From NCBI GenBank assembly GCA_951406725.2, contig OX597830.1:45818001-45882000 (forward strand): DNA of 64,000 nucleotides. The letters run 5' to 3'. The translations under genes and the position numbers were made by a program. Positions 25,116-39,821 of this stretch are shown here, in pieces. Under the pieces are notes generated by a model. It had not been told where the DNA came from. It ran no database searches and saw only the letters and a program-made list of their open reading frames with translations. The DNA is from Octopus vulgaris (lineage: Eukaryota). The first letter of the stretch is position 1; every line of letters starts with the position of its first letter.

Positions 25116-26505
25116 TGTCACCAACCTTCTTACGTACGGTCGTATTCTTACAAAAGCTTTTGTTTTTGGAACATATGAAAAAGTGCAATGCTCTTTTTGT
25201 TTTCCTTTCATTTAACATCATTTAATGCAGATGTCTCTTGTAAATTACAATTAAAATAATTTTAGAAAACATTGTTAAAAAGTTATTAAAATAAGACAAA
25301 GCAAATGAAAATATGCTTCCTATAAATATTTTAACCACTAGTTTAACATCTGCTTTATTTCTTTGTAATTAGACTTCATAATGTTAAATGATTCATAAAA
25401 TTAACATCTGGCTATAAATCTGTAGCATTTACTTACACTATCTACAGATTTAATAGCATTTAACTCGCTTCTTCACTCAATCAATTCGAATATCATTCCA
25501 GTTCTCTACTCTTCATAATGAAACTCAATCCATCAAATTAACCCTCGTACCAGCTTATGTCAACGATATCATTCTTCATTTGGAGACATCTCTACTACCA
25601 TTTGCTCCCATGAGATATTCATAAAACACCATTAGCATATCATGACACATTATTATTATTATTACTATACAGAGCACCATCCGAGTGTGATTGTAGCCAG
25701 TGCTGGTGGTTGGCGTTAAAGGGCATCTAGCTGTGGAAACTCTGCCAGATCAGATTGGAGCCTGGTGTAGCCATCTGGCTCACCAGACCTCAGTCAAATC
25801 GTCCAACACATGCCAGCATGGAAAGTGGACGTTAGATGATGATGATTTCAGGGAAGAACCTAGTTACACCCCTACTTCTGATGAATTATCTACAATTTGA
25901 ATGAATCATTTTCACACATGCACTGACTTCAACATCCTTTGTAAGAGTCTATAAATTATTAACCTTTTTAAAATTACAGCAAGATTTGGCTTCTTCAGAG
26001 TCAGAGAGTATTTCACTCCTAGCCTCTCTCTGCATTCTACAATGTCTAAGTGTATCCTAAAGAGATACAGCTCTCAGTATATGACTGGCATCTCAGACCC
26101 TATTCAAATGAAAGCTATTTAATTTGTAAGGTAGGAAATGATTCACTTTGTGATGCAATGTCTAACAGGCACTCTTTATCTAAGAAATTCAGAAACTGCC
26201 TTCAGCGTTTTATTCTCTCAGTTTGAAACACTTGATAATTATGTACCTTCTACTTTAGGAAATATAATACCTACATGTGTATCTGTAAATATGATATTAT
26301 TAATTCCTTGTTAATTCCACATCTTCCTGGCTTGTTAATTCTTTACTTCTTGATTTTGTAAATTATTCCCTCGTAACATCACCTATCTTCTACAAAGACA
26401 AATCTCAGACAAACCCAGCCTATTTCTAACTAAAATTTTAATGATTTATTTTCAAAATTTTGTCTCCAAAAATTCTTACTGAACTACACATTATTTTATA
26501 AGAAA

Positions 26506-27022
26506 CTAGCAGTATCGCCCAGCGTTGCTCGGGTTTGTAAGGGAAATAACTATATAAGCATTTTTAGAGAGTTACTTCCTTTATAGATGCCAATTCGGGC
26601 TTTCTTAGCCATTTCTGTTTTGGTGTCTTCAAGCCATGAAGTCGTTGTTCTAAAAGAACGCTGGTCTCCTTGACAACACATTACGACGTTGATTTCCTTA
26701 AACTCCCTTCCCCACAGCTTCACGAGGGAGGGAAGAAGGGGGAGAAGCAAACACAGGTGCAGGTGTTTGAGCGTGGACGCCAACTCCACCGCCATCGACA
26801 CACGAAAAATTATGCATTAAAATGGAATAAAAAATGATGTTAAATTATTTTTAAAATCGTAGACTCATCGTAGACGCGCGCTAATAGTCAGACGGGCTCG
26901 ATATTAATCACGACTATAAGATACCCGAATTTGGTTAAACTGCACCGCAAAATGTGGGAGGAGTTAGGAATCTAAATCGTAGGAGACAGACACTCACACA
27001 ACTACAGTTTTATATATATAGA
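26506..27022 (-). mobile_element. Non-autonomous Helitron
   Basis: Minus strand starts TC(TATATATA..) and ends CCCGAGCAACGCTGGG hairpin + CGATACTG-CTAG; inserted between A and T, no TSD. Confidence 0.85.
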
Positions 27023-27665
27023 TAACTTAGTAACCAATATCTACATTTGAGTCTGTGTAAACTATAAACTTACTAAGCTTCTGGAACATTCTAATATTTA
27101 GCTAAATGTTCCTCAAATCTTTCTACTGTTTTCAATCTCTCATGAACTTTGGCACAATCAATCTGTTAACTGCTTTCAATAAATTTGATTCAGTTTAAGA
27201 CTATAATGTCCAGAAAACTATGCAAAGTCAGGTGATTCTTAAACTTTGAAAGAATTGCATAAAATATTCTAAATAAAAAAAAGGATCTTGAATCAATTTT
27301 GTAACAGAGTAGTAAAAATATTTCAAAAAGAGCTCTTGGTATGATCACACAACAAAAAAATGAAAAACTTTGATTGGTGTAATAATTAAATTATGACTAA
27401 AAAGAAGAAACAGAAACATTTGTAAGCAAACATTTACAAAGACTATGCAAAGAATAAAGAATTTGTGAACTGTAGAAATCTGTATGACCAAATGATTGGA
27501 TAAGAAAGAGAGAGAGCTATTCCTAACAAAAATATTCTAAAATGTTTTGTAGTTCAATGGCAAAATATAAACAATGTATTCAGAAGGCATGCAGTAGATA
27601 AAATAAGTTAATTAGAGATTATGGAATTTGATGTAAAATTAACCAAAAGTTTGGTTTGGATTTAA

Positions 27666-27696
<31 letters not shown>

Positions 27697-29253
27697 GTAG
27701 TAATAGTAGTAGTAGTAAAATATCAAATTCTGGACAAATGAACCTAAGGATATAACTACCTATGGTCTAAGCTAAAAATAAATAATACTACCACATCAAT
27801 GTTTGAATAATTAATGACATGGAAGAACATAGAGCCAAGGCAGAGGAACTTAGTAAGAAGCAACCAAGCCATGCTAATATGAAACAAGCCAAGAAAAGTA
27901 AGGAATAACATACATAAGGAAGTTGGGAGGGGGTGGTTAACCTAATATTTTAAATAGTATTAGCTTTGATAAAAAATGATGACTGGAAGAACAATAATTA
28001 GAATGATGATGATAATGAATTATAGTGACAAATAGAAAAGAATCAACAAAAAATTGGGGACCCTTATAACAGCATGAAAAAAATTAGACAAAATCAGTTT
28101 CAACCAATTTGATAATCTAAAATAGGAAATGCAAGCTCCAGCAATTATGGATTTAATTTCACCAATTTATCAGATTTGTAGCATAAAGGGGCTTCTGTAT
28201 CATAAGAACATCCTTCAGAATTTAGTAATGTTAATTTAAGGATTGGCACTCACACGAAAATAGTGTTATCTAAACATTTGAAGTGAAGGTGAAATTGAAA
28301 AGTCATTGAGAAAAACAAGAAATTAAATCATCCTAATATTTTAGAAAAATATAATTATAAAATGTATCTGTGCAAAAAATATATATTTCTTGGTAATTTC
28401 TAATCAGTAAAATGTATATGTGTGCACTAGTTTTCAAACTAATCAGTATTTAAATGGACAAATAAAGCATAAAGTAACACTGGCAAAACAACCACCCCCA
28501 CCCAATTCTCAAAAACACATTTATATCCTAAAATCAAAATACAGCACAACAACAGTTACACAGACTACAAAACAGACAATATTGCTGCATTCTATAATAA
28601 ATGAATGTATGAAACTAAGTATGTACGTGCCAATGCAAACAATGTACATTATTATGGTGAATGAAAACAGGTCCTGGGCAACTGGCCTCATTCAACAACA
28701 AATAAAACACTTTTGCACCTACATCACCACTGAACTATGAACAATTTGAAACTCCACTGGTGGTGAAGAATGTTTAGAATTCCTGATCCTTACCTCTGCC
28801 TCTCAGTTCCCTAATAATAACATATTACATAATCGTTTGTATCACATGTACAAGGTTCATTGAAATTAAAGAGGTTAGCCGATACCATTGCTCTCTGTAC
28901 TTCACAGATGCTTTGTTTTATCAACTCCAGCAACAAGATTGTTAGGGAATCAAAACTAAGCTTATTACAAGATCTTTTGCAACTGATATGACTAAACTTT
29001 GAAATGTCTACAAACAGTAAACAAAATCTGTCTCCAAGATGGTGTACCTTATATTATAGATGGACTTAATAATAGCATTTTGACTTAGGTAAATTATGAA
29101 GAAGTTTAAACAAACACTATTTCTTTTTATACTGAAGTCTTATCCAAATTTTAACTAAAACAGTCTCTTTATCAATTTCTTTATGTCCAAGAAATCTGGG
29201 ACATTCACACAATTGATATAAAAACAAACAATAGAATAATTTTTGATCAGTTA

Positions 29254-29297
<44 letters not shown>

Positions 29298-29299
<2 letters not shown>

Positions 29300-29671
29300 C
29301 GCAGGAGTGGCTGTGTGGTAAGTAGCTTGCTTACCAACCACATGGTTCCGGGTTCAGTCCCACTGCATGGCATCTTGGGCAAGTGTCTTCTGCTATAGCC
29401 TCGGGCCGACCAATGCCTTGTGAGTGGATTTGGTAGACGGAAACTGAAAGAAGCCTGTATATGTATGTGTGTGTATGTTTGTGTTTGTCCCCCTAGCATT
29501 GCTTGACAACCGATGCTGGTGTGTTTATGTCCCCGTCACTTAGTGGTTCGGCAAAAAGAGACCGATAGAATAAGTACTGGGCTTACAAAGAATAAGTCCT
29601 GGGGTCGAGTTGCTCGATTAAAGGCAGTGCTCCAGCATGGCCGCAGTCAAATGACTGAAACAAGTAAAAGA
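29298..29671 (+). mobile_element. tRNA-derived SINE, family A (full length)
   Basis: A-box-like TGGCTGTGTGG, B-box-like GGTTCAGTCCC, core CTTGGGCAAGTGTCTT, internal TG/TA tract, tail ..CTGAAACAAGTAAAAGAG. Confidence 0.88.
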
Positions 29672-32600
29672 GTATATGTATTAACAGTGACCAACAGTAT
29701 CTGTTAGAGATAAGACAGGTCCCTGCACATCAGTCTCTCTTCAATGTGTGTCTTCTCATTTGGGTTTTTTGACTGACAGTTTGTTCCACTGGTTATTATA
29801 ATTGTTATCCAAGTAAAATTCTCTCTTCCTCATTGGGATCTATATTTTTATTGTCTAGCACTCAAGACCCAAATTACAATTATAGTTACAATATCTTGAA
29901 TTAAAATATTATACACCATTAATACAGCTACTAATGCTACTGTCAAACTATAGAATTTGATCAAAATTAGATTTAATTTTTAGGCAATAGCAGACAGACT
30001 TTATTTTTCAAAGAAATCTACAATATTTGTTTAATTTCACAAGTTTTGTTCATTTTTCAAAACCTGATCTAAATACTGTACCTGTTTTACGTTGTACAAA
30101 CCGGTCAGATCTGACCTCTTGCACCTAGCTAACAATATCATTCTAAAACTATACAATCACATCATAGAAATCTCAAAGCTACCAGGCAATTCATAATTAA
30201 TTCAAGACAATGTAAATAAATAAACATTACATTTGACAGAATAATTTGAATGCTAAGGGGTTAAATTTACATATTTAAAATCAATCTATAAAATTAGAAG
30301 AATTAAAGGAAATAATAGATGTATGAAAGTGTAATAAATCTAAAATGTCAGAAGACTATAAAATTAAAGTGAAGGCAAAGACAAGTGACTTTCAACAAAA
30401 CTATAGATACTAGAATAATTTGTAAGTTAAACCAGTTGTCTAGACCAATTATTACCTTCAGACCATACAAATTAGAATAATTTACTAACTACTTACTAAT
30501 TGCTTGCATTAAATTACACAGCAGAATTAACAGGAAAAAATTCTGACAACTAGATACTCAAGTAAAGAATTTAAGAGAAGTTTTTGAGGTTAATTACAAA
30601 TTGAAGTATTGCTCTTAATTTTTACAGATCTTCATGAAGACAATTAGAAAATACTTTACGATCTCTCAAGACATTTTCCTATTTTTAACTCAGAGTGAAT
30701 AAACTGGCTCTTAGTCAAAAAGAGTTTGTTCCTGAATTTAGTTTTCAGTCGTCGCATTTATCTAAGCATTTGTTCCTGGTTTTCTGTTGATATATGTTCT
30801 TAGAGGTTTTCTAAGAATAGTGTTGTTAAGTTCTTTAAATCTTTATACTTGTTCCACTGGAAATTGAAGGAGCGGTCTAATGCTCATCAACATGGTGATT
30901 TATTTCCCAGCAATTCAAACACGTAAGCTGTAAACACAAACTACTGTCACCAAGACATTGAGTACTCCACAGTATGCAGCGTTAGCATGGAAGTGTTAGC
31001 TCTGTGTACATAATTAGCAATTTTCATTTTATCTATGACTAACATAATTTGGGCATTGGCACCCTTTCTATCACCATCCATTTTACAACATGGACTGGGT
31101 GCATTTCATTGAACCACAAGCACTAGAAAAGTTGTCTCTCACAAAATCTGAAGTAGACTGAAATACCCCCTCTTCATTCTATCAATTTTCACTCAGTTCC
31201 TACTTTCCTTGGCAGTTTACCTTCACTACAGCTTGCAAAGTCCAGGTCTCCTTCATCCAGAATTTATTTTATTCAAAGTTTCTTCACTCCTACATCAGTC
31301 ACCTTCACTATGGTCCACAACTCTCCATCACACTGTTTGAGTGTAGAGGCAGGAAGGAGGAAAGCACACATCTGATGGGTGGGTTTGTTTAGAGTACACC
31401 GTTTGCTCAGAGAAAAGTTTCAAATAGACTGGCTGGCTAAGAAACTATGACAATGCTCACAGTGATGTGGCTGGAAGAGACAGAGCTTGCTTTTAACTGG
31501 TGGATTTCTTTAGAGTGTAAGAATTTTCTGCAGAGACAAATTGTGTTCCTAGCATGATGTTCAGATAGTCTTTCATTTTTCAGTGTTTTTGTTTTTGTTG
31601 TGCAAAAGTCTATAGATGTAGTCAACTCCTTATGACACAAACTTTGTTTTCTTTATGGTTTATTGAAGAGAGATTAGATACAAAGAAAGGGCTAGTATAA
31701 CCTAGGATGCTTGTACTGTTATTGTTTATTTGTTGGCTAAATGTGATAACTGAAAGTGCTCTAGATATATTTGTATATCGCTTGTTTTTAGTTGTGTACA
31801 GGACTAATTGATGCAGATCAACAACATTGGACAGAGACATGATTACTAACTACAGTAAGTTAAGTCACCACTAACTCTTTCAATGGATCTAGTATTGGTG
31901 TAGACATTAGAGATGGAATATTAAAGGCAGACCTCTAAGTACATTTCTTACCACAGCCACTGTACCAAGGGCATCCAACTAAATAGCATCTGCTTCAACA
32001 ATTCACATGCAAATAGCCAAATTTTCCTAAGTCATTTCACAGTTTCAAGAGAAAGATCCACCAAAAACCAGCTTTGTTAGGTACAAAGAACCAAAGCTCA
32101 AATACTCTTGAAAATTTTGATGAAAGCAAAATTGTGACAAATTCTATAACTGCATCTGATATGAAAAACTTTTAGCAAAGTTTCTCACTTGGTGGCTTAA
32201 CCCATCCTTCATTTGCTCAACAGAAAGCTTTTTGTCACTCTCCTCTTACAGTATGAATCAACAGTGCTTCTCTACAGTCAAGTATAGTGTAAAGTATGGC
32301 TATACTTCCTACACATATTTCTCTGCATTAACAACTTAGCTGACAAATCTAGCCACAAACATTCCTATACAGATAATATCACTCTTCATTTCCTCTTAAC
32401 TTTTAGATTACAAACTTCATCTACAAGCAACCCCAAGATTCTCTGTCAAACATACATAAATGAATGTTGTGCCCTCTTTAAACAGAGACCTGTAAATCAT
32501 ACTGCAACAAAATCATTACTACCTAAATTCTTTCATCTTACACACATTTAAAAAACATACAACTTGTTGTTAGGAAGGGCATTCAGCCGTGAAAAAAAAC

Positions 32601-32886
32601 CAAGCCAGAATAGACACTGAAGCCTGGTAAAGTCTTCTGCCTAGCTAGCTCCTGTCAAACCTTCCAACCCATGCTAGCAAGGAAAGCAGATGCTAAATGA
32701 TGATGATAACACAACTTCATTAACACATCTAAAATTTTCTCTGTCTCTCTAAATACTAGCCTCTACTATATTTAATACTGTTTCATGTCAGCCACAACAG
32801 CCAGCACCACAAAAGGTAGTTTTTCTTCTCAGATCCTGAAAATCTTTCAACTCAGAACAGCTACTGATACTGTAAACACTCTAGCG

Positions 32887-33235
32887 TAGGTGTTCTCAAC
32901 CATTTTTTACCAATGAACCCCTTTGATTGCTATTTTATTCTAGTGAACCCTCATAGCCACTTGATGTTTAAAAACTAGCTTTATAGAAGCTTCTTTCGAA
33001 TTCCCATTTTGTTCTTCACACATTAACTTGTGGAGGTTGAACTATGTTAGAGAAAAAAAAACCTTGCTTTTTCATTTCGGTTTTTTTTTTTTTTTGTAAT
33101 AGATGCATCTAAAACAATTTTTTTTTTCAGGGGCTCTTAAAATACTATTGTCGATCCCCAAGTTACTATTTTGTTGCATGGAACCCCCCCAAAGATCTTA
33201 TAGGGACCCTCAGAGGCCACATGGGCCCCAGTTGT
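32887..33235. mobile_element. Degraded hAT MITE related to 4155-4381 and 42990-43307
   Basis: Starts ..GTGTTCTCAACCATTTTT..CCCCTTTGAT; shared interior CCTCA.AGCCACTTGATGT; right TIR incomplete. Confidence 0.65.
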
Positions 33236-35059
33236 TTTTAGGACAATGTAGTCCACTGTTGTTTGTCTTTTCTGTCACTAATACAATGGCTTTTGTTTAT
33301 CTAAACTTGTCACAACCCTATTCTCCCCACCAAAGCTGACTTGTATCTGATTCTTCTCTTCCCAACATCTGTCTCACTCCCTAGTTCCGCAGAACTGCAT
33401 TCTGGAGCTCTTTCTTTGTCTATGTTTTATCACCAATACTTAACTTACTGAACATGAGCTAATGAGGGGTCCTCTACACAGCTATTCGGCCTACTTGGCT
33501 GAACTGCAGTAGACATTAGGTAACATAGTTTCAGGTGCACTAAGTCTGGAGAAAAGACAGGCTGGTTGCAGATGGAACATCATTAACCAATCAGAACTGA
33601 TCGAACTACAAAATTGCAAAACTCAACATCCATCACATCAACCCAGAGCATAGAAAAATCGGCAAGGCTATTAGTTACCGATCTTAAGTGTGAGAAACTG
33701 AGTAAGCACAGGAGAAAACAAAAAAACCTCAATGCATAAAAAAAAGAATAAAGAACAAAATTTTAAAATGTATTTAGTGTTCTTTTAAAATCAGGCCATA
33801 AAATGTTTGAAGTTAAATATGAATATTTGAGGTGACTAGTAATAGTTTAATTGAATAAATTTAAATTTTTAAAAAATGGATAATATTAGTGTGAGAAGAA
33901 AAGAGAATGCTATCAATTATACTTCCAGCACAGAAAACATTATACATTGTGTTCATCTAAATTATTACAAGTTTCAAACAGAAATTGAATCTTTTTTTTT
34001 TTTATTAACCTGTGAAAACCTGTTTTTTTTCTTGTTTTTTTATCTTTTATGCCAGAAGGTTAGGCAGTGTCCTCAACCAACTAAAGGATTTCCAAGACTG
34101 GTGGGAGGGAAGGAGAGAGAAAGATGTCCTGAAACCAGAAGCCTGGTTCAAATGCTTGTAACAGAATGGACTCTGTCAAAGACACCCATGGTACCAGATG
34201 GGGGTGTTAAACTGAGCGATGGTTAACTCTACCACCCAAGAAGGCCATGAACAGCTGGAACAAATGCTGCAGATCCATCTTCTCTGACTTTCTAACAATT
34301 CTGCCAATACACTGTGGATTGGTACATTTTTAGTGACCCAAAAAGAGCAATGTTGACCCAGCAAGATAAGGACTTAGAGCACAGTATCAAAACAAAGATT
34401 GCAGAGCATTCTGTCCAATGCCCTAACTGCTCTGCCACCTTAAATAGAATAGATCTCAGACACCACTCCTAGATGATAAAATCAACTGGCAGCTCAGGAA
34501 CAGATTTTAGTACCAGATTTAAATCTAACCTTGAATATGGACATAATGTCTACTAACTCAGAAGTGGAATATTCAATCAATTGCCCTAACGTACTTTTCA
34601 TGAATCTAAATATTTTTGTCCAGTGGATTCATACTTCTTGGCAGCTACTGAGTCATATTTTGCATGTGTATCAAGAGTTAATCTCAGACAGATATCACAA
34701 TATGAAATGTATTGAAGAGAAAAGAGTCAATAAGATTGTCTCGGTGAAGTTGCTTCTACTACATACAGCATCATCAAGTGACTTATTCTTGAATGTGTAC
34801 ATTGTTGCAGACTGGATTCAAATGAGTAAAACTTTACAGTAATGTCCATATCCAACACAAGGCCAGTAGTGCATATACAGGGAATCCAATTGATTTAAAA
34901 AACAAAATAAAGTATCACTTTCACGGACAAGAATAAGGTCCTCCTGCTAAACTATCAGCCATTTCACCATTGGTGCACATGCACCAAGGTCCTAGTGGAA
35001 AGGACATTACTACACTTTGTTAAGAAATAAAAGTTTTTGTCCTGAATTAATATGTAACC

Positions 35060-35116
<57 letters not shown>

Positions 35117-35340
35117 GTCGATGCCAGTGCCCCCTGACTGGCTCTTGTGCTGGTGGCATGTAAAAAGCAGCCACTACACTCTCGAAGTGGTTGGTGTTAG
35201 GAAGGGCATCCAGCTGTAGAAACATTGCCAGATCAGATTGGAGCCTGGTGCAGTCCACCTGCTTGCCAGACCTCAGTCAAACAGTCCAACCCATGCCAGC
35301 ATGGAAAGCAGATGTTAAACAATGATGATGATATATATAC

Positions 35341-35371
<31 letters not shown>

Positions 35372-37165
35372 GATCCAGGAATAAGGCACAGGATTGTGAC
35401 TGATAATCATATATGTTCTAAAACTGAGGTTAACACTCAGAAAAATTAAACTCTTATTAAATATTTCTTTCTGATGGTAAACGACCATCACCTAAAAGGG
35501 AAAGAAGTCAACAGAGAAGATTATGAAAATTATTGAATTACAATTTTGAATGACAAAGCACAGATTTTACTTCTTTCTTGTGCAAGAATTTTACAAATGT
35601 CTACCATTGCTGTATGCATATCTTTCAGTGAGTTACCTGTGTAGCTATGTTTAATAAGTGCAAGAAATATACCAAGATCTGCATTTGCAGACAGATAACA
35701 GATCACAAGAGCATAATTTTTTATGGAATTTTTTATGGAAATCAGTTTGTAGAATTTATCAAACAAAGATAGTTTCTCTTACAATATTAACTTTGCTATT
35801 AATCTAAAGTAATACTTTCTATTTATCCTTTGTATAAGCATCTTTACAATAGGAAAAATATAAAACATTATTTTAATAACAACTGGTCGGATATAAAGTT
35901 GCAATTCTGAAAAATAAAATAACTTTGGATAACACTTGGTTGAATTTATTTGGATTGCGGTGAAGAAGTGATACCTATAGGATTCAGGATATAAAGGGGC
36001 CACATCAACAAAAGAAATATTTCTTTGGTTATTTCTTTTGTTAAAAAGCACCAACCAATTGTGGTCATTGCCTCTGATCCTCTGGTCCCTGTGCCAGTGG
36101 CACGTAAAAAGCACCCACTACACTCACGAAGTGGTTGGCGTTAGGAAGGGCATCCAGCTATAGAAACAGTGCCAGATCAAACTGGAGCCTGGTGCAGCCT
36201 CCTGACTTTCCAGACACCAAGTTGAACCGTCCAATCCATGCCAGCATGGAAAATGGACATTAAACGATGATGATGATGAGAAATTAGACGATATGATAAA
36301 AATTTTAAATACACTGGTTCTTCTATTTAAAGCATGCACAGCAAAAGAGGGCCAGCCAACCAATAAAAAAGCTTCTAGATAACTGCCCAACCTGTTCGAA
36401 GAAGGAGCCAAACTTCCTAAAATCACACACAGAGACAAAATAGTTACAGCAAACTAGAAAAACTTCTGATAATTGATTTGTTTGATGACAAATGACTTGG
36501 AGCTGATCAGCAACAACATAGGGAATCAACTTTTAAATGAAGTCATAAAATACACTAATCTGGGTCTGTGTACTAAGAAGAATGAAGTTATTTTTATCTT
36601 ATATAAACTTGCCCCCATATATTTACAAAATACAAAAAACTTTTGTGCACACTAGTGTGGGAATTAGTGAACCAAGCAGATAATAAAACACTTCTTTGTT
36701 CCATTTAATAATATCATTAAAAGAGCTTTGAAGACAGATCTTGTATATAAAGACCTGTCTTTGCATATAAGAAATAGAATTGTATTCTTTTTATAGCTAA
36801 ATCACAGTAGGTGGAACAGTGATCATGGGTCTTGTAAAAGACTTCAGAAACTGCTGAGAGTGATGTAGTTGGTATTCAGTGTGAGTTTTTGTAAACAGAC
36901 ATGAGCAGGGAAATGTTGACAGGAGTGAGACTCAGAATACTGAAGTTCTGAGGAGAAAGAAGTGAATAAAGCAGTTAGTGCAGGGCCCAGATTACAAGAC
37001 CTAAAAGGGGTAACAAAGAAGAGACAATTAAGCCTAGCTGGAAGTGGCATGCAACCAACAAGTTGAAAACAAACTTTTGTGGTAATATAAACATAGCAAA
37101 GAAGACATCAAGTCTATGGACTTAAGTAACCACATTCTCTAAGTACATAGCTCAGATTAGTGTAT

Positions 37166-37409
37166 ACTCTTTACTCTCTTTTACTTGTTTCAGTCATTTG
37201 ACTGCGGCCATGCTTGAGCACTGCCTTTTAGTTGAGCAAATCGACCCCAGGACTTATTCTTTGTAAGCCTAGTATTTATTCTATCGGTCTCTTTGGCTGA
37301 ACCACTAAGTTACGGGGATGTAAACATACCAGCATCAGTTGTCAAGCGATGCTGGGGGGACAAACACAGACATACAAACATATACACATACATACATACA
37401 TATATATAC

Positions 37410-37465
<56 letters not shown>

Positions 37466-37626
37466 GACGGGCTTCTTTCAGTTTCCGTCTACCAAATCCA
37501 CTCACAAGGCTTTGTTCGCCCTGAGGCTATTGTAGAAGACACTTGCCCAAGGTGCCACGTAGTGGGACTGAACCTGGAGCCATGTGGTTGGTAAGCAAGC
37601 TACTTACCACACAGCCACTCCTATGC
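37166..37626 (-). mobile_element. tRNA-derived SINE, family A
   Basis: Reverse complement of 29298-29671 with expanded internal TA tract and tandem (AGTAAAAG)n tail. Confidence 0.88.
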
Positions 37627-37859
37627 CTCAAGTTTTTTGTGTATCTCAAGTTTTTTTTTCCGTAAGTATAAAGAAAGTTTTTCAGCATTGATCAAGCAGG
37701 CCAATGGGGTTTCAAAGGTATTCCAGTTGTAATGATCTTGTTGTTTTTTTTGTACATCTACTGTAGAGTTTGATTTGAAGTAATTTAACTGTTTTTTTCT
37801 GCCATTAGATTGAGTGCAACCATTAAGGGGCTTCCCCATCATGTGAAGTGTTGCATTAA

Positions 37860-38075
37860 TCCTTTAGCATTTAAACCAACCATATTCAGCCCATATAATC
37901 TACCTGTTTTATGTAAAAACTGGCCAGATTTGGCCTTTCACACATACCATACGATGTCATTCTAAAAATAGTCACATCATTGAACTTTTGAAGGTATGAG
38001 ATAATACATGATTAATTCAAAACAATGTGAATAAATAAGTATTACTGTCGACAGAGTAATCTGAATGCCAAAGAG
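37860..38075. mobile_element. piggyBac-like MITE, second family
   Basis: TTAA|TCCTTTAGCATT...AATGCCAAAGAG|TTAA; partial second copy at about 30070-30260 ending AATGCTAAGGGG|TTAA. Confidence 0.7.
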
Positions 38076-39602
38076 TTAAGTTTTAAGACCAAAATTAGAG
38101 TACAGACAAGTGAACATTTGTCAACCAGCCAGAAAGCTTTGTTTTGGATGTCGGCTAGGATGAGGGTGTGTAGCAGCAGCAGCATTGTCCCACACATGGA
38201 AGCATTAATCCTTTTCGATTCTTGTGATTTTATAGAACTTTTCTGTATTTAGAAGATAAAAGAACAACTGAATGAAATTACTTTGAAGATTAATCTTGGT
38301 AAATTTAATGGAAAGCATCACTCTCACAAATCATGCAGCAATCTGAAGATCTACAACCAGCCTGCGAATTCAGATAACTGCATAACTTGTGTAGGGAAGG
38401 GTTATCAAATTTTACAGGATACCTTAATTATAATTAAATTTCATAGATATAAAATGGTATTTTGAGCATGAACAGACTTCTAAATGTTAGTGTAAAGTGA
38501 AATTTGGACATTAGAAGCACTGAATTGGAATGGAAAAGGGAAAAGGAAAAGCACTAAGAGTACTTAGTGAGAACTTCTAGATATTATTTAATCTTCATTA
38601 ACATTATTACTTTCTTTAATTATGTATGAAATAATTAAAGGGTTAACTTAACATATACAATCCAATCAAGTCAACTCCTGCATATGCTGTTTTGTTTAGT
38701 TTTTTTAATGGTTTAATCTGAAGAGAAAGAGTAGCATTCATGATCTTTCTGCAGGGCCTCTGCAGCTGGAGGGGAGAGAAAACATGTTACATGAATCGCT
38801 GTATTGGAAAAAAGCAATGAACTCAATCAAGTTATCCTCATGCAGAAAAGCTAGCCTAAATCCTTGCAGTAAAGGCACCACGTTGGAGGTATTAAATCAG
38901 AAAATGGATTAAGTATACTGACCGACAACACGTACAGTCCATTTATATTCTGTGACAAGGCATCAATTAATCTTAGCACTATGTTTGGTAGAAATCACCC
39001 CAAAGTATTTCACAATGAAATCAAACCCGGATCTAAACTTCTTAATTACACAGTCATAAATAAAAATGATCTGATATATTGGAAGGAAATCAATTATTTC
39101 TTCATATAAATATTCATTTCTGTGAAATACTGTTTAGTTTTAATTATGAAAACTCTTCAATTAAATAAAATTGGGTGGTGGTGGTGGTGGGGTATATTTT
39201 GAAGTAAATTTTAAATAATGTTGTATTTTTCCTTTCTTAAAATTTTATTTTTCAAAATCACTTTTTGTGAACTAGATGAACATTGATTACTGAATGATGT
39301 GCTATTATAAGCAAGATCAATATTGATTACAAAATAATGTGTTCAATATAGATGTCAGCCATTTCAATGTTACAAAGAGAAAAAGATAAGTAAGCTGCAA
39401 CTACAAACTCAGAAATTTCCTCTTTAAAGCTTCCAACATGGAATACTGCAATAATTTGTTGCATAACACTCTGAGCTCCCCAACATTTTAAAACTATTAA
39501 CTTTTTGTAGTTGCATACAAAAATTTGCACGTAAATCTGAATAAAGCTGAATGCTCAAATATCTTAGGGCAAACATTCATTCAAATTAATGCTTTAACTT
39601 AA

Positions 39603-39821
39603 CCCTTTCGTTACCAACCCGCCTGAAACCGCCTCTGGCTCTGTAGTACAAAAATCTTGTTTTTGAAAGTTTTGAATTAAAATATTTCACCAAACCTTAG
39701 TCACAATTTATGTTCCTAACATTAGCTTAATGATAACTAAGTTATTTTACTAAATTCTTTGTTATATTTAAAATTTGGAAGAAACACAGAGCATCTCAAA
39801 AGAAATACGGTAACAAAAGGG
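39603..39821 (+). mobile_element. piggyBac-like MITE
   Basis: TTAA|CCCTTTCGTTACC...GGTAACAAAAGGG|TTAA; 13-bp TIR with one mismatch. Confidence 0.9.

Larger units (their letters stand above)
24153..25152 (+). mobile_element. Solo LTR (1000 bp) of an LTR retrotransposon, probably Ty3/gypsy-type
   Basis: Termini TGTAACAAT...ATTCTTACA (TG..CA, 8/9 inverted match); 4-bp TSD AAAG at 24149-24152 and 25153-25156; CpG-rich relative to flanks; orientation inferred from promoter motifs. Confidence 0.8.

Noticed and set aside
29298-29375. tRNA gene candidates (also near 37550-37626, 40931-41020, 58945-59020)
   Set aside because: A/B-box heads run straight into SINE bodies; no complete cloverleaf
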